The position numbers and the translations under genes are program-made. From Rhizophagus irregularis (taxonomy: Eukaryota), in contig NC_089431.1 in the NCBI RefSeq assembly GCF_026210795.1, forward strand, positions 4,030,001-4,094,000: 64,000 nt of DNA. The letters run 5' to 3'. The notes below the pieces were generated by a model that was not told the origin of the DNA, searched no databases, and saw only the letters and a list, made by a program, of their open reading frames with translations. Shown here in pieces: positions 49,134 to 63,906 of the stretch. The first letter of the stretch is position 1, and every line of letters begins with the position of its first letter.

Positions 49134-50059
49134 ACAAAAAGATACTATTTCTGTACATACTTTTTTCTTTACACAGCACTATTCTTAAATAAGGAAAGGA
49201 ATAAAGAATATGCTGTGTAAAAAAAAAAACCATTCTAAATTTTCCAAATTTAGATTTCTTGTGTAACTTGTTCGTGGCTTTTTTGACGGAATTTTTAAAA
49301 TAACCAGGATTTTGATTAATCAGAACGATATCGTAGTATAAGCACACAACGAAATAGGTTTAAAAAGAGAGAAAGGAATTTAAGAAGTTTATTGCTTTTA
49401 TTTTGGTTTGTTTAGGAAGCTAGAATTTTTTTATTAGTTATTTCGAGAATAATAAGACGCAAAATGCCCTCTTTTCTTTTTACGACTGTTTTTCTTTGTG
49501 TTTCGGCTAATAACTGATGCTATTTTGAGTTTTTTATTAGTAGGAGGTGTCTTTAGAGTTTCTCACTTTCTTCTGATTTTTGGAGAAATTCCGTCCTTAG
49601 GAGAGAGGAAACCCTTGGGAGAAAGAAAGTGAATATACCAAAATCAAAAGCAGCATGTAGATGAATGTTTATTAGAAATTGGGCTGAAAAATCAGGTTTT
49701 TTTTCTATTAGGCGTATGACCAAAAATATCATATCACCTGACTTCAGATTCAGCCAAGGATCACGGGACAAAGATTAATTGTTTTACGAAAACATCAACC
49801 AAATATTGATCAACTCCAAATTGATATTCGTTGGATAAGTAAATAGCAGTAATAGCTATTTCACTAGATATCATTGATTATCATGGTGGAACGTATATAA
49901 TTTTGTTTAATTTAAAATCGAATAGATTTTAGCAACGTTGATATTACAGCTTTAAGAATTGTAATAGAATTTTTTTATTATAATTTGTTTTCCTGTCCCG
50001 AGTTTTACGATAATTCTTAAATGCCTAGACCGATCTATAACTTATGAAATGATATATTG

Positions 50060-50737
50060 CCCTATAAAAAATAAATGTCCAGAAAATGTCTACGAAAATG
50101 TCCGGAAATTGTCCAGAATAAATCTGGCATGTCCAGAAATTGTCCGGAAAATGTCTATTTTCTGCTACAAATTTGATACCTAAAATTTTGACATATCCGG
50201 ACTTTGTCCAGAATATATCCAGAATTTGTCCAGTATAAAATTTTGGACAAATTCCGGACGGATAAACCTGGACAAATTCCGGACATAGTAAAAATTCAGA
50301 TAATTTGAGCTGGACAAATTCCGGACATGAAAAAATTCTGGACAAATTCTGGACGCTACTTCCAAAAAAAGGATAAATTAATTTTGTAGAAAAATGCAAA
50401 AAGCACAAGACTGACATTCATAACCTTCTTTGTCATACTAATTAAATTTGCTGAGCAGGCAAAAATACTATATATCTATGATATAAAACTTTAAGTTAAA
50501 AGCAATTATAATGATGGTCACCTGTTGATCATCTTTTTGTGCCAAATTTTATGAAAAAATATTTCAGGTCAATTTCCGGACAAATTCTGGACAAAATGAG
50601 TGTCCGGAAACGAGTGTGTTTTCGGAACAATTTCTGGACATGGTACCTGGCATTTTCTGGACATTTTCCGGACAATTATTTAGACAAATTTTCCGGACAA
50701 TTTCTGGACAATTTCCGGACACTTATTTTTTATAGGG
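50060..50737. mobile_element. CMC/EnSpm-like non-autonomous element, longer inverted copy of 21227-21787
   Basis: Same CCCTATAAAAAATAA TIRs; near-identical interior plus ~117 extra bp; TSD not clean. Confidence 0.88.
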
Positions 50738-51597
50738 ATTAAAGACCAACTTTTTAATGATTATTGCTGTAAGAATTTTTGTTACCGTTCTATTATTACA
50801 TAATTGGTTTTAACTATCATATAAATGTCATAATTTTGAGTTGTCTTGCAAAGAAATTTCATATTCTCCTTTAATAACTAATATAAATATACTGGTTAGT
50901 TGTATGATATTCGAATATTTTATCCGCTGGTTCATAAGAAGTAATATCAGTATAACAATTTTAAAGTTCTCAAAATTCATAGATATGATCCAAATCAAGA
51001 ATTTAGTTCCGTCCAGCTTTGTTTGTTTAAATCAAAGAAAATTGTAAATGATTAATCAATTAAGTTATGATATCTGCAATATCATAATTCTTCACGATAA
51101 ATAAACCGTTTACTTCAAACAACTTTTACATAATGGTCCAATAGTACGTAATATTTATTTATCACCAATTATTAAACATCATTATAATTTAATTAAAAAA
51201 CTAGTAAGTTTTACAGGAACTTTACTAATATACTTTACAGTCGTTACATCTTACGAAAAAAAAAATTCCAAGTTTTGCAAAAATTAAGTTAACTAATTAA
51301 ATATTATAATTTGAACATGTTTTTCCTTAACTTACACTAATTGTAGTGCGTGTTTTAGGTAACGTTATTTAGTACAAATTCAATTTTGATGGCGATGCCG
51401 GACAAAATAGTCGTATAAAGATGAACGAATAAATATATAATTTTCTGTTATTGAGCTTATAATATTAAGATATAAAATGCTATGAAACAATTTCACAATT
51501 AAAAGGAGAAAATCAATTCACTTTATTCATTTTTCGAAATTTTGAAAAAACTTAACATACAAAGAAGTAATAAAAATACATTTATAATTAATAAATA

Positions 51598-53077
51598 TTA
51601 AATACTAATTATTTTTGTAATTTGGAATACTTCAATTTCTTCTACAGAAAAATTGTCTCCAGTTTCTCTGATTGGTTTTTCATAATCACGTTTTACACAA
51701 TAACTACTACCAAAAAAATTGTTTCCATACAAAACAAGGTCATCATTACCAAAGTATGGACCATAATTATACTCATTCCATATAGCATAATTTCCATTCA
51801 CTACACGACTTAAAATATAATTTTCAATACTATCACTATTTTCAAAGGAGAATATAAAACTATCTCTAGTGCTGCCATAACCTCTAGCAGATTTCCATTC
51901 AATTGGATTATATCCTCCAAGAATTTTGTCACTATCTTTCACTTTAACGATCGTTATAGTACGAGATTGATTATCACAGATTTCATGAAATTTATTAGCG
52001 GAAAACCCATCACGAGATCCACGAAGCATCAATTTGAATTCATACAAAGCAATTAAATCGTCTGTGATATCTAATCTATCAATCCATTTTGAAATTAATT
52101 CAACATGTTGAAATGTAATAATTTTTGAATCGATTGTTTCAAAATTATTACGGGGTTTTGATTTACCACTTAGTTTGCTATTAGGATGTAAGTTTAAAAA
52201 AGATTTCAATAAATCCATGTATAATTCTTTTGGTAAAATTTTTTTAAAAGGTAATACTTTATCAGAAAACTCTTGAGAAGTTAAATTATAAAATCTAACA
52301 AAAGGAATACATTGTTGTAACGTATTTTTTAATAAATTAAAATCATTTTTTGAAAAATTTGTAAGATGAGAAGGAAGTTCGGGATTTTGAGCAAATCCCC
52401 ATTTAAGTACATGTTCCCAAACCTGAATTTCTTTCATCTGAAGATTATCATTTTGAACAAGCGAAATCAAAACTTTTTCCGGAATTAAAGAGAAATTAAG
52501 AGATTTGAATAACTCTACTGGTTTCTTTGATATAAGATTATTACAATATTTTTGAAGTTCCAAGAAAGAATCATTTTCAAAACTTGTTTGATATACCAGA
52601 TTAAAATTTTGTTCTATCCAGCTTGTTTTGTTTTTAACCAAGAAGGATTGCAAATAGTTGTTCAATTCCTGAAGGCTTAATTCGTTAGCAGTAACCAAAA
52701 TTTTGAAGATATCAGAAATGTCATATTCTTCCAAAGTAAGTTTTCCTCCATAAATATACCTACGTATGTATGAAAAATTTTAATCGCTCGGTTTACGGTA
52801 TTTATCTTATAATTTAATTTTTTTCTTACCTTAAAATTATCTGAAAAATTTCAGGTGAAATATTAGGTAATTTGATATGTACCAAAGTTCCATCATTTTT
52901 CTTTTTATTTGTTGATAAAATTCTTCGTAAATAAGGAGAACGATAATTTAATATAACCATATGAGCTTTAAATATTTTTACGTTAGGGTCATTACCAACT
53001 TCAATAGTAATATCATAATATTCCTCGTCATCCAAAATCTCAAGCAAATGTTGTGATAATTTTGGTAAAAACTCCAT
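51598..53077 (-). CDS. BTB/POZ-BACK-TLDc protein (exons 52830-53077 and 51598-52759; ~469 aa)
   Basis: BTB, BACK and TLDc (LRGSRDGF, GGYNP, GPYFG, EVFQ) motifs; conserved intron. Confidence 0.92.
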
Positions 53078-53284
53078 TATAAGTGAATTTATTAGAAAAA
53101 AAAAAATTTTTTTTTTAATCCTAATTTGTAAAATGTTCAGCCATTATATATTATTTATGGGATCGTCAATTAGTGCGACTAAAAAAATATAAAATTGGAA
53201 ATAATTCATATTTTCCTGAACAAATATTTTTCTTTTTTTTTACTCAAATCACAATCATTTTTGATGATTATCAATCAATAAATA

Positions 53285-54625
53285 CAAAACAAGGTCAGAA
53301 TTACCAAATGTTGGATCGCAACTCTGATGATACCATATAGCTCTATTTTCATCCACTACACGACTTAAAACATAATTTTCAGTGATATCACTGCTTTCAA
53401 AGGAGAATATAAAAATATGTTTGGTGCTACTATAACCACCACTAACGTATTTCTATTCAATCGGGGCGTATCCTCCAAGAATTTTGTCACTACCTTTCAA
53501 TTTTACAATTGTTATAGTACGAGGTTGGTTATCACAAATTTCATGAAATTTATTAACGGCAAACCCATCACGAGATCCACGAAGCATCAATTTGAATTCA
53601 TACAAGGAGGTAAATCGTCTGTGATATCTAATTTACCAATCCATCTTGAAATTAATTCAACATGTTGAAATGTAATAATTTTAGAATCGATTGTTTCAAA
53701 ATTATTACGAGGTTTAGATTTACCACTTAGTTTGCTATTAGGATGTAAATTTAAAAAGATTTCAATAAATCCATGTATAATTCTTTTGGTAAAATTTTTT
53801 AAAAGGTAATACTTTATCAGAAAATTCTTTGGAAGTTACATATAAAATCTAACAAAAGGAATACACTTTTGCAACGTATTTTTTAATAAATTGAAATCAT
53901 TTTTTGATACTAAATTTGTAGAATCAGAAGCCGAGGAAGTTCGGGATTTTGAGCAAATCCCCATTTAAGTACATGTTCCCAAACATAAGATTATCATTTT
54001 GAACAATCGAAATCAAAACTTTTTCCGGAATTAAAGAGAAATTAAGCGATTTGAATATCTTACCTGGTTTCTTTGATATAAGATTACTATTACAGCATGT
54101 TTGAAGTTCCAAGAAAGAATCATTTTCAAAACTTGTTTAATATACTAGGTTAAAATTTTGTTCTATCCAACTTGCATTGTTTTTAACCAAAAAGGATTGT
54201 AAATAGTTGTTCAATTCTTGAAGGCTTAATTCGTTAGCAGTAACAAAAATTTTGAAGATATCGGAAAATCATATCTTCTAAAGTAAGTTTTCCCCATAAA
54301 TATATCTAAGATAAAAACGTACGTATGAATAATTTTAATCGCTCGGTTTACGGTATTTATCTTTTAATTTAATTTTTTTCTTACCTTAAAATTATCTGAA
54401 AAATTTCAGGTGATATATAGGTAATTTGATATGTAATAAAGTTCCATCATTTTCCTTTTTAAAATTCTTCATGAATAAGGAGAACGATAATTTAATATAA
54501 CCATATGAGGTTTAAATATTTTTACGTTAGGGTCATTACCAACTAACTTCAATAGTAATATCATAATATTCGTCGTCATCCAAAATCTCAAGAAGATTTT
54601 GTGATAATTTTGGTAAAAACTCCAT
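53285..54625 (-). pseudogene. BTB-BACK-TLDc pseudogene
   Basis: Homologous to its neighbours with multiple frameshifts, deletions and a truncated 3' end. Confidence 0.88.
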
Positions 54626-55077
54626 TATAATTTATAAGTGAATTTATTAGAAAAAAATATTTTTTTTTAATCAAATATTCAGCCATTCAGTATATATTAT
54701 TTGCGGGATCGCTATCTAGTGCACGTGCCAATTACAACTTGGCAGGTTATTAAACTCATAAATTTAGAAAAGCTAATATATATTTTTTTAACTTCAGTTA
54801 CACATAGTGTGCACGTTTTAGGTAACGCTTAATTGATAGCAGGGAAAATAGTTGTTTGGAGATGAAATGAATTTTCTTTTTTACTCTTCTATGATGCTTA
54901 CCAACCAATGAATACATTCAATCCACTTAGAATATACGTAATTGAAACATAAAAAAAATGAATCAGCTTCACAATTAAAGAAATGTAATTGGATTCATTT
55001 TATTATTTCTCGACATTTTGAAAGGACTTAAATACAAAATATACAAAAGTAACTAAATACATATATAAAATATAACA

Positions 55078-56587
55078 CTAATTTTTTATAATTTGAAATA
55101 TTTCATATTCTTCAACAGAAAACGTATCTTCAGTTTTTCTGATTTTTTTTTCATAAGTACCTTTTCTACAATAACTTTCATTATAAAAATCGTTTCCATA
55201 CAAAGCAAAGTCATAACTGCCAAAATATGGACCGTAATAGCAACCATTCCATATGGCGCAATTTTCATTCGCTACACGACTTAAAATATAATTATCAATA
55301 CTATCACAATTTTCAAAGGAGAATATAAAACTCTCTTTGGTTTTACTATAACCATTAATAACATCACTCCATCCAACTGGATTGTATCCTCCAAGAATTT
55401 TGTCACTGTCTTTCACTTTAACAATTATTATAATACGAGGTTGGTTATCGCAGATTTCATGAAATTTACTAGCCGCAAACCCATCACGAGATCCACGAAG
55501 CATTAATTTAAATTCATATGAAGAAGCTAAATAGTCCGTAATATTTAATTTATCAATCCATTTTGAAATTAATTCAAAATGTTGAATTGTGATAATTTTT
55601 GAATCAATTACTTTTGTATCAATATCGATATTATTACGAGGTTTTGATTTGCTACTTGGTCTACTATAAGGATGTATGCTTAAAAAGGTTTTTAATAAAT
55701 CCATGTATAATTCCTTTGGTAAAATTTTTTTATAAGGTAATACTTTGTCAGAAAACTCTTGAGAAGTTAAATTATAAAATCTGACAAAAGGAATACATTG
55801 TTGTAACGTATTTTTTAATAAATTAAAATCATTTTTTGAAAAATTTGTAGGATCAGAAGGAAGTTCGGGATTTTGAGCAAATCCCCATTTAATTACTTGT
55901 TCCCAAACCTGAATTTCTCTCATCTGAAGATTATCATTTTGAACAAGTGAAATCAAAACTTTTTCTGGAATTAAAGAGAAATTAAGCGATTCGAATAAAT
56001 CTACTGGTTTCTTTGATATAAGATTATTACAATATGCTTGAAGCTCCGAGAAAGAGTCATTTTCAAAACTTGTTTGATATACTAGGTTAAAATTTTGTTC
56101 TATCCAGCTTGCATTGTTTTTAATCAAAAAAGATTGTAAATAGTTGTTCAATTCCTGAAGGCTTAATTCGTTAGCAGTAACCAAAATTTTGAAGATATCG
56201 GAAATATCATGTCCTTCCAAAGTAAGTTTTCCTCCATAAATATATCTAAAATAAAAAAAACGTATATGTATGAAAAATTTTCATCGCTCGGCTTACGGTA
56301 TTTATTTTATCGTTATAAATTTTAAATTAATTTTCTTACCTTAAAATTATCTGAAAAATTTCAGGTGAAATATTAGGTAATTTGATATGTACCAAAGTTC
56401 CATCATTTGTCTTTTTATTTGTTGACAAAATTCTTTGCAGATAAGGAGAACGATAACTTATTATAACCATATGGGCTTTAAATATTTTTACGTTAGGGTC
56501 ATTACCAACTTCAATATTAATATCATAATATTCATCGTCATCTAAAATTTCAAGCAAATTTTGTGATAATTTTGGTAAAAATTCCAT
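55078..56587 (-). CDS. BTB/POZ-BACK-TLDc protein (exons 56340-56587 and 55078-56245; ~471 aa)
   Basis: Same motifs and intron as the other array members. Confidence 0.92.
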
Positions 56588-56850
56588 TATAAATGATTTT
56601 TAATATTAAATAAAAAAAAAGAAAAAATTTTTTTTTTCTGATTTGTGAAATGGTTCAACCTTATATATTATTTGCGGGATCGTCAATTAGTGCACGTGCC
56701 TATTACGACTTGGAAAAAAAAATGCGAAAACGAAAACTCATAGTTAAATACATAAATTGGGAAAACTTCATATTTTTCCTGAACAGATATTTTTTTTCTC
56801 AATATCATAATCATCCGTCTTTGATGATTACCAACCAATAAATTAAGATA

Positions 56851-57026
56851 CCTGTAAAAAAAGTCGATCCGTTTTTATATCCCATTTTTTCTCCGTAAAA
56901 GGTTCCGGAATTAATAACCTTATATCACGGAATTTATTGAATTATTTACATATTCCGTAAATGGATCCGTGAAAGGCTCATTTTACGGAGTTTTTACAGA
57001 AATAACGAATAAAATTTTTTATAGGG
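56851..57026. mobile_element. MITE of the same family as 971-1151 (inverted)
   Basis: CCTGTAAAAA...TTTTTATAGGG ends; ATA on both flanks. Confidence 0.75.
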
Positions 57027-57364
57027 ATAATTATGCTATTGATCAGTATTTTATTTTGCAAGGTCGTTGAAATGTAGATCTTATTGCTTATTTATTACGA
57101 TTTACGACTTTGAAAACGAATTTTATAAAAACTGACGATTAGTTCATAAATTTGTGCACATTTTAAATAACGTTAGTATGTTTGAAGACGAAACGAATTT
57201 TTTTTAGCTTCTTCTGTGATGATTATCAATCAATGAATACAATCCACTTTAATTAAAAATATAAAGACTTAACAATTAAAAAAAAAGAGGTTCGCTTATT
57301 TATTTCTCAAAATTTTGAAAGAACTTAATACATACAAAGAAGGCGCAAAAAATATATATAATAT

Positions 57365-58849
57365 TCAATAATAATTTTTTATAATTTGAAATACTTCATA
57401 TTCTTCTACAGCAAATACTTCTCCAGTTTCTTTGATTGGTTTTTCATAATCACTTTTTTTACAATAACTTCCATTATAATAATCGTTCCCATACAGGACA
57501 AGATCACTACTACCAAAATATGGACCATAATTATGACCACTCCATATAGCATTATTTTCATTCTTTACACGACTTAAAATATGATTTTCAATACAATCGT
57601 TATTTTTAAAGGAAAATAAAAAACTATCTTTAGCGTTGCTATAACCACCAGCAGATTTCCATTCAATTGGATTATATCCTCCAAGAATTTTGTCGCTGCC
57701 TTTCACTTTAATAATTGTTATAGTACGAGGTTGGTTATCACAAATTTCATGAAATTTACTAACGGAAAACCCATCACGAGATCCACGAAGCATTAATTTG
57801 AATTCATATGAAGAAGATAACTTGTCTGTAATATCTAATTTGTCAGTCCATTTTGAAATTAATTCAAAATGTTGAATTGTAATAATTTCTGAATCGATAT
57901 AATTACGAAGTTTTGATTTGCCACTTGGCCTACTATTAGGATGTAAATTTAAAAAAGTTTTCAATAAATCTATGTATAATTCCTTTGGTAAAAGTTTCTT
58001 ATAAGGTAATACTTTAGCTGAAAATTCTTTAGAAGTTAAATTATAAAATCTAATAAGAGGAATACATTGTTGTAACGTATTTTTTAATATATTAAACTCA
58101 TTTTTTGAAAAGTTTGTAGGATCAGGAGGAAGATCGGGATTTTGAGCAAATCCCCATTTAAGCAACTGCTCCCAAACCTGAATTTCTCTCATCCGAAGAT
58201 CATCATTTTGAATAATTGAAATCAAAACTTTTTCTGGAATTAAGGAGAAATTAAGCGATTTGAATATCTTATCTGGTTTCTTTGATATAAGATTATTACA
58301 ATAATTTTGAAGTTCCATGAAAGAATCATTTTCAAAACTTGTTTGATACACCAGGTTAAAATTTTGTTCTATCCAGCTTGCATTATTTTTAATCAAAAAG
58401 GATTGTAAATAGTTGTTCAATTCCTGAAGACTCAGTTCGTTAGCAGTAATCAAAATTTTGAAGACATAAGAAGTATCATATTCTTCCACAGGAAGTTTTC
58501 CTCCATAAATATACCTAAGATAAAAAAACGTATGTATGAAAAATTTTTATCGTTCAACTTAATTTATCTTACATATAATTAATCTTTTCTTATTTTCTTA
58601 CCTTAAGATTATCTGAAAAATTTCGGGCGAAATATTGGGTAATTTGACATGCATCAAAGTTCCATCATTTTTTTTTTTATTTGTTGACATAATTTTTCGC
58701 AAATAAGGAGAACGATAATTTATTATAACCATATGGGCTTTAAATATTTTTACGTTAGGGTCATTGCCAACTTCGATATTGATGTCATAATATTCTTCGT
58801 CATCTAAAATTTCGAGTAAATTTTGTGATAATTTCGGATAAAACTTCAT
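57365..58849 (-). CDS. BTB/POZ-BACK-TLDc protein (exons 58602-58849 and 57365-58514; ~465 aa)
   Basis: Same motifs and intron; start MKFYPKLSQNL aligns with the paralogue starts. Confidence 0.92.
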
Positions 58850-59791
58850 TATACTGATTTTATAGTACTTATAATACAAATAAAAAAGAATAAAAAAAAA
58901 GAAGAAAAATTTTTTTTTTTTAATCCTAATTTGTGAAATGTCAATCTTATATAAATTCGCAAAGATCGTCGAACCTGCAGATCTTAGTATATTACTATTA
59001 GAAAAAAAGTACGTTAACAAATCTTGGATTCACGCAGTTGGCGCAGCGTACTTCTAAATTTCGGTTGAAAGTATTTTTATAAGATCACATATAACTTTAT
59101 AGGTTGCGCACAAAGTTTTATGGATAACGTGCGCTTTGTGCGTACTATGTGCGTATAAATTTCCAACATTGCTGACAATTAAACACATAAATTTGTAATA
59201 ATTCCATATTTTTTTTCTTAATTCTTAACTTACACTGGGTTTGCGCGTCTCACTATCGGTAATATTATTAGTTAATGGCGGTAAAATAGTCGTAATGTTT
59301 AATTTGTGATTTATCAGTAAATCATAAAATTTTGATTATTAAAGGCGACGATAATTAGTAACTTAGAATCTACCATTTCAGCAGATAGTAATCTTTTTCT
59401 ATCGAAACAGACATGAAGTCATTACCATTAAATGCGACATTATGAGACGAACCTTACGAGCTATTTTACCCTTCCATGCAATAACTGACGACGACTCGGC
59501 GTGTTATCCTTAAATTTTTAAAATCATTGAATCACGTTTTTTTTTGGAAGGAGAATAGTTAAATAACATATTTCATATTACATATAATCAATATTTTATA
59601 TTTTGTATTGCCGGAACCGCAGATTCAGACTATAAATTATCTATCTTTGCCAGATTTTTACTCATTTTATGGTGATTATGAATTAACAATTATAATTTGA
59701 TTACTTTCGCTTAGAATATAGTTAAAACTCATTTATTTGTTAATTAAAATATTAAAAGAGATTATAGAATTATCTATTCGATATTAATTAT

Positions 59792-61250
59792 TCATTCATT
59801 GCAAATTTGAAATACTTCATATTCTTCTACGGAAAATACTACTCCAGTTTCTCTGATGTCTTTTTCATAAGTGTATTTTATACAGTAACTCCCATCATAA
59901 GAATTGTTTCCACATAAAACAAGGTCGGAATTACCAAAATATGGACCATAATTAGGACCATTCCATATAGCATTATTTTCATTCTTCACACGACTTAAAA
60001 TATGATCTTCAATACTATCACTATTTTTAAAGGAGAATATAAAACTATCTTTAGCGTTGCTATAACCACCAGCAGATTTCCATTCAATTGGATTATATCC
60101 TCCAAGAATTTTGTCACTACCTTTCACTTTAACAATTGCTACAGTGCGAGGTTGGTTATCACATATTTCATGAAATTTACTACCGGAAAACCCATCACGA
60201 GATCCACGAAGCATTAATTTGAATTCATATGAAGAAGCTAAATCGTCTGTAACATCTAATTTATCAATCCATTTTGAAATTAATTCAAAATGTTGAATTG
60301 TAATAATTTCTGAATCAACATAATTACGAGGTTTTGATTTGCCACTTGCCCTGCTATTAGGATGTAAATCTAGAAAAGTTTTCAATAAATCACTATATAA
60401 TTCCTTTGATAAAATTTTTTTGTAAGGTAATACTCTATCTGAAAATTCTTTGGAAGTTAAATTATAAAATCTAATAAGAGGAATACATTGTTGTAACGTA
60501 TTTTTTAATATATTAAAATCATTTTTTGAAAAATTTGTAGGATCAGGAGGAAGGTCGGGATTTTGAGCAAATCCCCAATTAAGTACATGTTCCCAAACCT
60601 GAATTTCTTTCATCTGAAGTTCATCATTTTGAAGAACTGCAATCAAAACTTTTTCTGGAATTGAAGGAAAATCATGCGATTTGAATATCTTATCTGGTTT
60701 CTTTGATATAAGATTATTACAATATTTTTTAAGTTCCATGAAAGAGTCATTTTCAATACTTGTTTGATATACTAGGTCAAAATTTTGTTCTATCCAGGTT
60801 GCATTGTTTTTAACCAAAAAGGATTGTAAATAGTAGTTTAATTCTTGAAGGCTTAATTCGTTAGCAGTAACCAAAACTTTGAAGATATCAGAAATATCAT
60901 ATTCTTCCACAGGAAGTTTTCCTCCATAAATATATCTAAGATAAAAAAACGTATGTATTACTCGCTCAACTTATTTATCTATAATTTAATCTTTTCTCTT
61001 ACCTTAAGATTATCTGAAAAATTTCGGGTGAAATATTAGGTAATTTGATATGCGTCAAAGTTCTATCATTGTTTTCCTTATTTGTTGACAAAATTCTTCG
61101 CAAATAAGGAGAACGATAACTTAATATAACCATATGGGCTTTAAATATTTTTATGTTGGGGTCATTACCAACTTCAATAGTGATGTCATAATATTCTTTA
61201 TCGTCTAAAATTTCGAGTAAATTTTGTGATAATTTCGGTAAAAACTCCAT
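59792..61250 (-). CDS. BTB/POZ-BACK-TLDc protein (exons 61003-61250 and 59792-60935; ~463 aa)
   Basis: Same motifs and intron as the other array members. Confidence 0.92.
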
Positions 61251-61439
61251 TATAACTGATTTTATTATATTAACAAAAAAAGAAAAAAAAATTGAATGTT
61301 AACCTTATAATTTATAAATATTTGCAAGATCGTCGAACCTGTACAACTTGGAAAAAAAAACCGGTAAAAATATTAAAATATGATATGTAATTTACCGGTT
61401 TGTTACACGTATCTATTTCGGTTTATTTACTAAATTTTT

Positions 61440-62005
61440 TCTTTAGGAGTTTCTCTTGTTTTGTTTTTTTTAAGGAAAACGAAATGGAGCAGTAGGTAGG
61501 TGAGATGGAGGTATTTTTTTTGTAGAGATCGTTAGAAGTGTTTCTAACGTTCTTGTTTGTCTTTTTTTAGGGAAAGCGAAACGGAATAAAGGCCCATTTC
61601 GGTAAGGATAGTGAGGAGGGTTTTTTGTAAAGAGCGTTAGAAATTGTTTCTAGTGTTCTTATTTTTTTTTTTTTTTTTTTTTTAGGAAAAATTTAATGGA
61701 ACTTTGGAAATAAAGGACCATTTCAGTAGGTAAGGTTAGGTGAAAGTATTTTTTTGTAAAGAATATTAAAAACATTTCTAACGTCCTTGTTTACTTTTAA
61801 TTGGGGAAAATGAAACAGAACCATTGGAAATAAAGGCCCATTTTGGTAAGTAAAGTGATAGTGAGGGATTTTTGTTGTAAAGAACGTTAAAACGTTTCTA
61901 ACGTTCTAACGTTCTTGGTTTCTTTTTTTAGGCCATTTCGGTAAGGTGAGGAGATAGGATATTTTTTTTGTGAAGAACACTAGAATGTTAACGTTTCTTT
62001 TTTAT
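61440..62005. repeat. Degenerate tandem repeat, ~5 units of ~80-125 bp
   Basis: Recurrent AAAGGCCCATTTCGGTAAG, G-rich block, TTTTTTGTAAAGAACGTTAGAA..TTCTAACGTTCTT. Confidence 0.75.
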
Positions 62006-62129
62006 GTAAGAATGACTCTTCCTTGAACTTGCATTTAGAATTTGGCATATTGTAATTTATTATTAATGTGTTTTTGTTAAATGACATGTATTAACTCTCT
62101 TTTCTTTTATTTTTAACTATATTTCGTCC

Positions 62130-62385
62130 CCGTATTTGATCTTTGGTATGTATTTGATTTTTGGGTACATCACGTTCTTGATCTTTGAATGTAACATGAT
62201 CTTTATCTTTGGAGTATTGTGGTTTTGACCTTTGGTGTATATCTGATATTATTTTCTTAATTTTTTTGATGTGCATTGTGTTCTTATTCTTTGGGTATAT
62301 TATGTATTCTCGATCTTTGTCGTATTATATTCTTGATCTTTGGATGCATCACATTCCTGATATTTGGTATGTCTTTATCTTTAAG
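62130..62385. repeat. Degenerate ~21-24 bp tandem repeat
   Basis: TCTTGATCTTTGG-like motif recurs about ten times. Confidence 0.6.
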
Positions 62386-62871
62386 TAATTATAATAAAAT
62401 GTCATAAACAGTGAATGGTTGCTTTAGGGTGGCTTTACACTAATCCTAATCTCTGTTCTTACTATTCAAATAGAGCAGCATTACGCAATGTGTACTATTG
62501 TATGGTTTCACTATCTTAAAATAAAAATAAAATGATTTATTTTAACAAGAATGTATTTATAAATTTTCAATAAGTAAGATCCATACGTTGTAAGACCATA
62601 TAAGAGATGAACAAGTAAAGAAAAAAAAGCTATTTAAATGTATATTGCAAGAAAAAATCAAAATTAAAATAAAAAAACTAGAGACAAGATCCGTCATCCG
62701 TTTGAATTTTGTGATTTAAAGTTACAAATGAATGTTTGAAAAAAAAAATTTTGAATAAATATTCTTTGAGAATTGATGTTTTTAGCGTAAAATTTATTTC
62801 GATTTATATATAGCAATAGATTCGCTATATACAAATTATACTTTGGATATCGGTTATCCGAATATCCATTG

Positions 62872-62872
62872 G

Positions 62873-62906
<34 letters not shown>

Positions 62907-62910
62907 TATA
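62872..62910. repeat. (TA)n microsatellite
   Basis: Read directly. Confidence 0.85.
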
Positions 62911-63906
62911 TCTAAATCAATTACCGTATTTTGCGGGTCACATTACCCCCCTATGCACAGTACCCTACAAAAAAGAACTCCCATTTTCTACCGATTTTAT
63001 TATTTAAAATAATTTAATAAATACCTAGGTATTAAGCATGATAAATACCCAATTATTATATAAGTTTTGTACATATCTACTAATAATAAAAACTCACGCA
63101 ATGGTGGGGGTATAAGGTCAAAACCCCTGAAATCTGTATCATACCCGGGGTACTGTGGCCCTACTACAAATAAATTTTATAATTCTTTGTCATTATAGAT
63201 AGTCATTGGCTCCATTTAATCTGCGGGTCACTATCTATAAGTCTGAACGATCTTTAAAATTATTAATATCCACTCAAACAACGGATCCAACCTCTAACAA
63301 AAACACATGATGTTCTATGATTTTGCCAAGAGATCAGAATTATTCCATTATCATAATAAAAGAATAAAACGGAATTTTTATGAATTTTAATAATTCTATT
63401 CAGGCGCCAATCATTATTGCAGATTTTATTGACTTTATCCATCAAAAAATTATTTCCGATTTGCCGTGTTATTAGCACTGCAGCACAATCTAGGTAAGCC
63501 CGCATTAAGATGTGAGCGGGCTAAAATTATCAAATATTTCTTACTATAATTAGTAAAATTGACAAAATTTGTCGCGTGTTTTATCCGAAGGACGATGATG
63601 ATAGAGTCATGCCAAGCCTTAATGCACAATACCATTTATTCTTCCTACAAAAAAAAATCATAAAAATTACATAATATACTGTACAATCCTAATTTCCGTA
63701 AATTTGAAATATTTTTTCTTTTAAAACTCTCTCTCTCTTTATTATAAATCGTTATGATAGTTTTATTTTTGTACTTTCACATGTCTACTTCGTTGTGTAG
63801 TTTTTTACTAACATCTTAAAAGCTTTTAGTTTAACTAAACATATCATTCAAACATAATAACAACGATCATCAGTACATCCTGTCATTTTTTTTATTTTTC
63901 GAATCC

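Noticed and set aside
58850..59020. N-terminal extension of the 140-aa track ORF
   Set aside because: Non-ATG start and poly-K/F from homopolymers; paralogues start at the position equivalent to 58849
62912..63240. Possible pogo/Tc1-like element beginning TA-CCGTATTTTGCGG
   Set aside because: Only short internal inverted matches; no matching right TIR or TSD found
63263..63635. Short minus-strand ORFs in slightly GC-richer DNA
   Set aside because: No recognisable motif or paralogue in the window; possibly a decayed gene but unsupported
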